Below, piece by piece: positions 54,018 through 64,000 of a stretch of DNA of 64,000 nucleotides. The position numbers and the translations under genes are program-made. The stretch comes from Lingula anatina (taxonomy: Eukaryota > Animalia > Brachiopoda). The stretch covers positions 45,300,788-45,364,787 of the forward strand of contig CM120640.1 in NCBI GenBank assembly GCA_051362555.1, in the 5' to 3' direction. The notes below the pieces were generated by a model that had not been told where the DNA came from, did not search any database, and saw only the letters and a list, made by a program, of their open reading frames with translations. Numbering within the stretch: the first letter of the stretch is position 1; the number at the start of each line of letters is the position of its first letter.

Positions 54018-57000
54018 TTATTCTACACTGGCAAAATGTTTGTCAGTTGTACTGATTATTCTACTTTCTTCTTCTAATTTTTGAAGGCACTTAAGGATGG
54101 CATTTGAATTTAGACTACAGTACTCTTCTGCCTTCCTAATCTCACCCAAAATATGTAGGTAATGGCACCCCTTTTCTGCATCTGAAAGATGATGTTTGAA
54201 AGAACAGTTACAAAAATACTTCATAAATGGACTTGTACTGTGTTCAATAATTGATAACATGTACCATGTTGCTGAAATTCAAGCAACACCTTCATTTAAT
54301 ACATACACCTCAAACATTTAAAAATTACATCAGATTCTTTAAAAATTACATCAATATACACTTTTCCTTCAACAGAAGCAGTTTACAATAATGTTAAATT
54401 ATAAATTATCCTTACATTTTTCTCTGGCACATTCTTTTTGCAGCAAATTCAGCACAATTTTGATAAGTTGGACATCATTCATAATCACCTGAAATTCAAA
54501 GTCCAGTTGAGCAGAGCCTTTAGATTTTGTCACTTGTTTATGTGACAATTTTGGGGACTTATATGATTATTTAAATTTTTGCCCTATAGATCAGGCCTAC
54601 CCAACTACCAGACTCGCACATAAGGATCCTGAATTAACCCGTATTTCAGACCACACTACCCGTTTTCAAGGTGTGTGTCAGACCACATTTCGGAGTATCA
54701 TACCCCAGAACAATTTTTGTAGGACGACCGCGGACTCATCCTGTCAGTGTTCTGACTGATGCTCCGAAATGCGATCTGACACACACCTTGAAAATGGGTA
54801 GTGTGGTCCGATATACCAGTTAATTCAGGATCCTTATGGGCCGAGTCTGGTAGTTGGGTAGGCCTGTAGATGTCCTATTACAAAGGCATATTACATACAC
54901 TGTAAATAATGAAATTACCATTGTTCAAATTTTTTTCTTTCCCTTATCTATCTCTTTTTACAAAGTAAAATACAAAGAACGTTGTACAGAGGTTATCTAT
55001 TACTTTTTAACTGATGGTTGTAGACAAACACAGTCAATGAAATCAGAAAAATTCATTTGTTCTCATTTTTCACGTTAGATCCTATAAACAGTTCCTTAGA
55101 CAACAGGTCGTATGTAGAACGAACATTCTCAGTTAAAAAAATAGTTTTTATCGTCAGCTAACACATGTAAAAATTAGTGCTTACTCTGTAGTGTTCTCGC
55201 TTTTTCTGATGTTTTAATAGAAAACCGCTTTCCTCCAGCTGATTTACAACTTGATCAAGTAAGGTCCTTTTGTTTAAAGCAACCTAAAAAAAAAACAAGA
55301 AAAGTGTAAATTGAGCACTTTACATTGATAAAGTTACTTAATTTTAGCATAAATATTTCCAATAAATGAAAGATTGATGACTGTAAGTTTTAAGCAACAT
55401 GTAAATTGATATTCCCAGTGTATACCTATAATCACAATATCATCTTTAATAAAGCAGACACATTGAGGCAGGTAACCATCAGAGATCAGCAATCTATATC
55501 TCCCCCACTACAGACAGGGGCAAAACTCTCTCAACCTGTCAGGATCATTTAAATGATCCAAATGATGTTTTAAGAAGCTGTACATTCAAACTGATGATGT
55601 TGAGCTAAGTAAATAAGTAAATGAATCCTGTCAATTTCTTTTCTATCTTACACTTTGCTCTGGTGCATTTTGGTCAATTAGGGATTTCACATCTTCAGAT
55701 GTCTCCAAGTCTGCCATGCAGAATTGTACAGTTCTACTTTCTTCGAATAATTTCATGAGGCCATCTTGTAGACTTGCTGTGAGGTGAATCTGGAAGATAA
55801 GTACTGGTGATAAATTTTTTGACAGAAAGAGTAGCTATAGGTTACAATACTAATTCTGTACAATGTTAAAATTTGAGACAAAATTGTAGTCATAAATGGA
55901 ACTGCTGTAATACACAATGAACTCTAAATACTACAAAGAGGTATTAAACAAATGTACATTCTCCTGAGCAACCACAGTATAATAATTTCAGCCCCAGTCT
56001 TAATTATAAATGATATATAACACCGACTTACCAATGAAAGATTATGAGAATTGCAGTTTTTTATTATGTTTGACAACTGGAAAGGCTTGTCATAAAACAA
56101 CTGGTGCAGGGCCTGCACCTCCAGCATTCGGTTCAGTTCCGCATTTGGATCTTTCTCAATGGCTGAAATAAACAGATAACAAATCATGAAAATTACAGTA
56201 ACTTAAAGAAAATGCTTCACCCTAACAAATTTGATAAGTAGACCAACAAGCTGTAACTCATTGTATACAGGCTGAAGGAGAACTTTTGTTTTGTAACTTT
56301 TTTATGTTTAATAGGCATTCCAGATACATTTTACATTTTTTTTCTTTTCTTTTCTTTCTTTCTTTAGGAAGAGGGAGGATGTCAAATTGTCAACTTGGAC
56401 AATTTCTGAGCATTAATATAACAGCATTTAAGTTTTTCTTGGGGTTAGTTTTAAATATTTCCCACTTAACAAGCCAATGTCTAATGCATTTTTTTCATTT
56501 GAAAAAAAAGGGTCTAAAATATCTGATTTCCTCAAATCTGTCAGTCAAACTAGTAAACCAACTTCTCAATTTTGTCTGGCCTTATAATAACTTTGGTGAC
56601 ATCAATTCTATTAAATGGATACTACAATTTCTTAATTCTGGAAACTGGATGTGTATCTTTCAATGGATATAATACAATATAGTGCATAGAAATCCCAATG
56701 AGACATGAAAATTCTTGGTTGGACCTTTTTTCTGTCTGGTGATATACACTGTAACTGATCACCCCATTTCAGGCCTAGAGAAGTCCTCATCAGACACAGA
56801 CCAACCAAAAGGGACATTAAAAAGAATATATCCCTAAAATTCTAAATTAACATTTAAAAATTCTAAGGCAATACATAATTTTTCTTTTAGATCTGTAAGT
56901 TTGAATCTGTAAAACCACTAAAGTCAGCCTTGAAACTTGCCAAAGTAAGAAGCCATTATTTCTCGTTGTTCTCTGAAGATCTTTATTTTTCCTCTGACAT

Positions 57001-58191
57001 GAAGGAGGTCCCCCAGGTTGAATCCTTCCTCTTTACATTGTTGGATTTTTTCAGTTTCTTCTACTTTTTCTTTGAGACCTTTTATAAGAACATGGAAAAA
57101 CAAACAGATAAGAACCCCTTCTGATACAGTGATTTTTCTTTAATTTTAATTTTATTTAACAATACATGTTTACTAGTCTAGCATTTTTGTCACATTTATT
57201 TTAGTGAAGTTCCCAACAAACAAAGGCCTAAGGAAACATACTGGTAGGTCTTACTTATAGACAAGGCAATATGAACAACTAATAAAAAATCAACTCTCTA
57301 GAAAAAACTAAAATGCATGTACTACTACAGTTGTAACCTAACACAGTTTTATAATGTTGTTATTCAACAAATATTTATTCAATGAACACCTGTACAACAA
57401 ACCTGGAATGATGCACTTTTTTACTGTCAATGGATCTGGATTCCAGCAGCAACAATTTATGACTCCAGTGCTATCGTCAACTGTATAAAAATATAAAATA
57501 TGTTAACATCTCCTCAAACCCACTTTAAAAACATGCATAACCATAACTAAAGATAATTAATAAAATGAAACCCCCAAAACAATGTATGTTGATTAACAGA
57601 AACTGATCTTTCTGTGAAAATAATCTGATGTTCTGACTGAATCAAGATCAAAATTAAACTAAAGAAACTGTGATACTAAGGATTTTTAAACAAATGGTTC
57701 CATTTGAATTTTTCAAATCAGTTTGGCCATTTTAACTTTTTTAAAACATCCTATGTACTCATTTCAATAGCTTGACAGAGTTGTGGTTATATCATAAATA
57801 CATAGATGAAAGTTGTAAAAGTTGTAAAAACCATATGAAATAAATTATCAAAATGAAGAATGAGGCATAAACCTGAGAACTTTCACCCATGTAAATAGTA
57901 TTCAGAGAACCAAGTCTTACTTGCATATAAAAACTGCTTGCTCCTCTGCTCCACCCTGACAATCACACCCATCAAATCCACCTTACTAACAGGGTGGTTC
58001 ATATAAGAAAACATCCCTTGAACTGGGGTAGCTGAAGAATACTCAGTCATAGTCAATACATCCCTGATGTAAAGTTTACAAAAAGTCTGCAAAGCGGGAT
58101 CCAAACCCCAGTATATCTGTGGGTACATGGCATTTGCTGTTGTCGAGGTCTCATTTTCTGCTGCCTGCTTTTTATTTTCTGCTTCAGCCAT
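54018..58191 (-). CDS. STN1: CST complex subunit STN1 (OB fold plus winged helix), 8 coding exons
   Basis: WGLDP..FCKLYIRD, VDDSTGVINCCCW, LGDLLHVRGKIKIFREQREI, DPNAELNRMLE..YDKPF and EKGCHYLHI. Approximate exons: 58191-57921, 57481-57403, 57078-56941, 56162-56032, 55789-55652, 55284-55185, 54488-54416 and 54181-54018. Confidence 0.9.
54592..54866. mobile_element. 275-bp fold-back MITE with a 5-bp TSD in a STN1 intron
   Basis: Arms of about 105 bp (caggcctacccaactaccagactcg...cgagtctggtagttgggtaggcctg); TAGAT flanks both ends (54587-54591, 54867-54871). Confidence 0.9.
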
Positions 58192-59273
58192 ATTTACTTG
58201 TACCTGGGTACATGTGAATTCTAAATTTGTATTTCAGGGTTTTGTGCTGAATAGTAATATATGGCAGTAGTTACCATAAAAGTTGAGAAATTAATTAAAA
58301 ACAATTTTTGCATAATGAAAATACATGCATTAAAAAAGTATACACCATATGTGCCAACACAAGAAAGATTTGTACATGTAGAAAACTGTTGCCTCAGCTT
58401 TCAGTCTTACATGCTAGGTATATATTACCTCAGGTAAGGTCTCATATTCACATGCGTTACTTTCAAGTCTTTAAATATCCACGTATTGGGAAAACAGTGT
58501 CCTCTAGATCTTGCAGTATGTATCACATGCAAATGCTGCCCTTTTCTGTCAGTTCACACACCAGTTTTTTCTCCAGCTACCATCTTTGATGTGACTGCAT
58601 GTGCACTGCATTAACTCAGTACCTGTAACACCAAATTAACACTCAGCGGAGTGCAGTCAACCAAAAGGATGACACTAACGGACTAAAATGGTAATTTTAC
58701 AATCGTAGACTACTTCTCTACATGACACGGAAACCCATGTTAACACTCATATCTACGTTTTTTATACGCACACGTACCCAGTAGTGCATATCAAAGACAG
58801 TAAAAAGAAGTGCTAACGCATGAATTTTCGTGCTCCTCTCTGAGCCTTAGCCACTTCCTGTGAAACTCGAGTTTCGCGGTTTGTGTTTAAACACGTGACA
58901 ATAACATACGCTGTCCCTATTCAGCTTGTGTGGGTGGCGACACAAATCTGTTGCCACAAAATCGGGCTCTGCTACAATCTTCTTAAAAGAACAAAAAATA
59001 TTACAGTTTTGGGGAACTCAAATGAAAAAGTGTTTTTGAGGAAAAATTGAAAGAGAGAGTCATTCAGTTTAATATTGGACGTCATAATTCCTTTTTATGT
59101 CCAAAGTTGAATGATAGGGCCTACTAGACAGGGGGTGAGTTGACAAGGGTTTGGAGCCGTTGGGGGATGTGGGAGGCCGTCAATACAATTAAACTGTTAT
59201 TATATATTTTTCTGCAAGGGATTTCCTATAATGTTAATGAACATGTTAACATTAATGCAATATTGATGTATTG

Positions 59274-59530
59274 CAGTTGCGGATTTGGGGGGGGGGGGGG
59301 GGGGGGGGGGCGTCAGGGGGGCCTGACTCAACCTTCGATTTTTGAAAAAAAATGGTCCCCTCTCGAAATAGGAATTTTGACTAGCTGAATCATAGTTCTA
59401 AATCGTACCAAATGGCACCGTTCGCCTCTAAAATACCAAAATGGCGGCGGAGGGGGGACGATAAGGGGTAGCTGAAGGATACGGTTTTGCATCCGCGGAC
59501 CCCCTTCAAATAATCCTGGATCCGCCCCTG
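59274..59530. mobile_element. CAGGGGCGGATCC-type MITE with a 5-bp TSD
   Basis: Left end cagttgcggattt, right end ggatccgcccctg; TATTG flanks both ends (59269-59273, 59531-59535); internal G-run. Confidence 0.75.
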
Positions 59531-59554
59531 TATTGAGAGATATATGGTGTCGGC

Positions 59555-59561
59555 TATAAAA
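59555..59561 (+). promoter_or_regulatory. TATA box of the lectin gene
   Basis: gcTATAAAAg about 60 bp upstream of the predicted ATG at 59615. Confidence 0.55.
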
Positions 59562-59614
59562 GTGTGCATACACGTGGCATTCCCTGTAAGAATAATTGAA
59601 CAGTTAAGGAGGAT

Positions 59615-62600
59615 ATGGCAAGGCATTTGGTAGAACACACAAGGAAGCATGATATTCCTAAATTGTCCAATCCTTGAATTTAAAGGGATAATAATTAATT
59701 AATATAACTCTTCCTTTTGGCCAAAAAATGAATTTTCCTGGAGTAAACAACAATTTTCCCATACTTACTAATGGTTAATGAATCTATTTTTACATTCAAA
59801 GTTAGTCCCTGGTTTTTTTCTAAAAAAGTTTTTTTTTTTTTTTTTTGTTATAATCTCTTAAGAGATTACAACTTGATGCATTCTGTAACATATATAACTG
59901 ACCTTAAATTAACATACATATTTCTCTCATTTAGTAGGTGGTGGCTGGTAGAGAATACCGGATCTTTCTTGGTTACATATTGTTATGTATCTGGCTAGAT
60001 TTTGTATTGTGTCATGATTTCGGTTTTGCATTAGTGATTTATTCTTTATTTATTAACTAATTAAGTACATGTATATCAATTATTGATTGATTAATTCTCA
60101 ATTCTCATTAACAATTAATTAATATTGATTTATTAATTGGCTCAATTCTCATAATTTTTAAATAATTGATTAACAAAAAACTAAGAATCTGTTACTTTGC
60201 TCCCTCCCGTCAGTTTCTGAAAAATTTATCAAAATCCGTCCACAACCTTTTCCATACTGTTGCTAAATACAGGCCAACGGAATCAAAAACTAATGAGCTC
60301 CTTGGCGGGTGTAATAACTCATAATTACTAAGTTTGTAATTTCAAAATCCTTTAGATAAGGACATGTAGCACGGTTTAAAAAATTTAATTTAGAAAATCA
60401 ATTTTATGCGAAGATACCTGGTTCATGATAAAGAACTTTAAAGATCAGCGTGTCTTAAATGCTCTGTTTGTATTTACTTAGTGAAATCCTGCCTGCTGTC
60501 AGCAGAGCTTCTTAATCTTTAAATGTTGATAATTTGCGCTTCTTTATGTGAAATCTTTGTTTCGTTTCAACACATCTTCGGCTCTGCAGAGATGACTAAA
60601 ATAGTGGCTGCACGTTTTTCACCATTTTTGCTACTTTTCATGCATACTTTTTTCCGTGAGTATATCGAAACAGCACTATTAGCAATATTGCAACTCCAAG
60701 AAATGGCAAAAGAATTATGTTGAAATATTTAAATTTGAATGAGATAATAATTTCAGATTTCATAGTGACTTCTTCCCGGCTGCGATTCGAGAACACAGAA
60801 TATGAACTTTACCCAGAAGCGAAGAGTTGGCTCGAAGCTAGAAAGACTTGCTCCCAATTAGGCGGAAGACTTGCCAGTGTCAAGACAGAAGAAGTGCAAA
60901 ACTTCTTGGTGAAGAATGTCATCCAGGCAAAGGAGCACGTGTGGATAGGAGGGTTTGTTGGAAAGAGATGGTTCTGGACTGATAGTAAGTAAAATGGTTG
61001 CAATGGTTGGGGTATGGTGTTAAAATTTCAACGTTAAAATAAAGCTGTGGAAATTAATTGCTTACCACTTTCAGAAATTTCCCTGAAATGAGATTTGTGC
61101 ATCTCAGAGTGACTAACCGTTTAAATGTACATTCTGTACTTTTCAAATCGATAATTTTGACCCCATTATGCAACATTCGCTTCAGAACATTTACATAGTT
61201 TGCCTACTACGACAAATATACGTCAACATTGTTCTTTGTAGAACAAGAGATAGAGTGGTTTTTCTGGGCACCCGGAGAACCCAATAATGACGGAGACAGT
61301 GAGGATAAGCTCCAATTGTTTTACAGATATAAGGGTAAAAAAACACTTTATATCGATGACACAAGGCGATATACATTGTATTTGATAGGCCTTTAACCCG
61401 ACAAAAACTAGCACTGTTTGAATAAAACAATGTTTATTAATATATTGGAGTATTTCTTATAGTAAGAAACAAAGAGTACACATGTTGTCTTACACTGTAT
61501 GCGGTTTGCTTTGTTGGACTTGATGTTTATTGTGATACGAAATATTGGGAATCATTAATTTCTGATAGTGATAAGTAGCTAATCTTAATCCATATTATAC
61601 GAGAACTTTTAAATTTATATCCGCTAATTCTATAGCCCCTTAATATTGTAGTACACTGGATAAAACATTTTTTTCTATTTTGAATGTGGCAGACCACTTC
61701 TTCAATTACACGTGGAACGACAATCAGGGCAGTAACACGTGTGAAAACGGTGTAAAATCAAATTTTATTTGCAGATACGGTGAGTATACATGAACTTGTC
61801 TAGGAGTTTGATATTTGCGATATTTAAAAAATTCCGATCACTTGGGTTTATTCATACAGAAATGTTCAGTATGATGTTTTGTCAAACAAAACCAACACCG
61901 TATCGTTTAGATAAAGCAAAATGTGAAAACGCAACCGTCTGTCATAACGCAAAGACAAACAGTCCATGCATTGAATCCGGGTCTTGGTGCTACATCTTGG
62001 AGGGACAAACTGCTGGCCCAAATCACAAGAGAAACGACCAGTGTACTGAGAGAGGATGGACATGGGATGCTTCAAGCCAATACTGCGAGAAAAATAATGG
62101 AATTCTTGCCAAGATTGAGGACCTGCCCACAATGGAAAAGATTAGAAGCAGGATTCAATCAGATAAGTCAAGATACGAGGGGAATTATTGGATTGGTGGC
62201 TGGTGGGATAGGGATGCTCCACGTATGTGGAAATGGGTTGGAGGTACATTTCATCTTTACGTTCAATATATCCATAAAATAGTAACGACTATGAGAAAAA
62301 TACTGTCAAAGACCAACAAAAAATTGATCTTTCACTCGAGTTTTGTACCTTTGTTTAATAACTGTCTGCTTCTAAGTGTTTTATTAACACGGTTAACAGA
62401 AAATCTTATGAAAATGTCTCACTGGTATGTTCGGTATATCTGTTTTACGCAAAAATCATTATTCAAACGTAGACACGATATCCATATTTACCCACAGGCG
62501 GCAACGTGTCATACACCAATTGGAAGTCAGGTGAACCAAACGAAAACAGTGACTTAAAAATGGTTTGCATGGAGATGTGGACGTCGCACCACAAAGATAA

Positions 62601-64000
62601 CATTAGCGAATGGAATGATGAAAATTGCAAAAATACCTACCCTTACATATGCCAGTTTGGTAAGTTGCAATGTGTATTGTTGATACTTAAAAAAAGCGGT
62701 GTTACATAAACTCTTATGCCAAAGTAAATATTATTTTCAAACCATATTCAAACTCTTTTTTTGAAAATATTCATAGCGCTAAAAACCTTCTTAGTTTTGT
62801 TTCAGTAAAAATGAATTTTGAAATTTGTTTTTTATTTTTATTTTTTCAGATATAACCACACACACTAGTCCTTCAACAGGTTCAATCGATAGTATAGTGA
62901 CCACACCGTCCACTTCCACAATAGGTATGGTGCCTACCCTCTTGGCTACCATGCCGTCTAATGCAACAGCTTCGACCTTTGTGTCAAACAGCATCGACAT
63001 ATCCAACCCAACAACGGCAATGGCGCCAGACATAAAACCATTAGAGAAAATCACTGAATCAACCAGCCTACCCACCGATGTAGTGAATTTTGGGACTCCA
63101 GCCTCAGAGAGTGTAATGGCGTTTAAACATACCACAACTGTAAGAAGTGAAGACGTCAATCATCCCATTACCAAGGGTGCGGCGACGGTGACACGTTCAG
63201 ACCCCTTCATCAGTGACATGAACAAAACGCCAGATTTTGCCGGTCTTTTGCCAAACAACCATTCGAAGAACACAAGAGTGTCATCTGCAGCAGTAGCTCC
63301 TCCGTACAAAACCGATGCTGTGTCTTGGACTTCAGCTCGACTTCCTCACACAACCGAGAAAGAGACAGATGCAGAGGAGGCAAATTTGCCGAAAAAGTCC
63401 TTACCGTCTACCACCTTATCTTTGGCCCAAACTTCTAAGATGCTCCTGGTCGAGAGGAATACAAAAGTTCCAAGATTAGAGCTTTCTGCAGAATTCACCA
63501 CTGCTGCCCCATCAGGCGAAAAGGGAAGATATAAAAATAGGAGTGACAATGGTATGGTTCTTGAAATAAATAGGCCTACTTGTACACTTTAATATTAAAG
63601 TCATTCAAAAATTAAATTCCGGTACGTATGGCATTCCAACACTCATCTACTCAGTTAGGCAAATAAGGCATTCTTTTTAACATTTAAAAAAGTTATTTTT
63701 ATGATATTTATTACATGTTATTTCTAATCGTATTCACACGACACACGCCAAGGGGGTGAGTTGACGAGTGGGTTTGGGTTTGTCACTCACAAAACATTAC
63801 AGCAGAAATAGTCACCTGCCCATCCTTCGGCCTACTTTTCAGGGACTGTTCCAAAAGAGGTTCCAGATTGGGTCATTGCTGTGAGCACTGTCGCCTCAGC
63901 CGCCGTAGCATGTGGTAGTTGTCTGCTGCTTGGCGCTCTTTACAAGAGGTACGCGGTGGGCAAATACAAACGCAAGTCAACACATTATTTGTGGCCATTT
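59615..64000 (+). CDS. Type I membrane C-type lectin: signal peptide, two CTLDs (EPN/WND), Ser/Thr mucin stalk and TM; 3' end outside the window
   Basis: Approximate exons: 59615-59629 (MARHL), 59938-60022 (hydrophobic signal), 60757-60984, 61242-61333 (WAPGEPNN), 61693-61779 (WND..FIC), 61911-62243, 62498-62659 (WKSGEPN..WNDENC..YIC), 62850-63551 (S/T-rich) and 63844-63948 (TM). The first two exons are less certain. Confidence 0.8.
59680..59880. mobile_element. Kolobok-like element, partial copy 3, in lectin intron 1
   Basis: ttaaagggataa start, then ccaaaaaatgaattttcctgg...atggttaatgaat...caaagttagtc...aatctcttaagagatta, shared with copies 1 and 2. Confidence 0.65.

Noticed and set aside
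54592-54866. Long hairpin as a miRNA or ncRNA gene
   Set aside because: The TSD and terminal repeats identify it as a MITE; there is no expression evidence.

Overview
This is AT-rich, intron-containing animal DNA, probably lophotrochozoan (mollusc-like); it is not prokaryotic, so most short ORFs in the track are spurious or single exons. All gene models below were spliced by hand. Left to right the window holds: the 5' end of an unknown minus-strand gene with uORFs; an intronless 399-aa disordered protein with a C-terminal PP1-type RVxF motif; a 7-exon C4C4-RING/zinc-finger gene with an internal exon duplication; a young 5'-truncated LINE with a 12-bp TSD; two intact SRSF1/9-like genes arranged tail-to-tail; COQ5, with a P/Galileo-like transposon relic in intron 2; HEATR6, whose ATG lies only 32 bp from the COQ5 ATG; PRKRIP1; the proton channel Hv1; STN1 with a GC-AG intron; and a two-CTLD mucin-stalk membrane lectin. 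Several MITEs are scattered through it. The strongest signal is the SRSF1/9 pair. Most of their intron sequence has diverged, but GGA-rich blocks in intron 3 and the 3'UTR are retained, including a 159-nt block that is 100% identical, together with unproductive splice sites. This points to a multi-layer splicing/NMD auto- and cross-regulation circuit. Gene names come from recognised motifs, not database searches.
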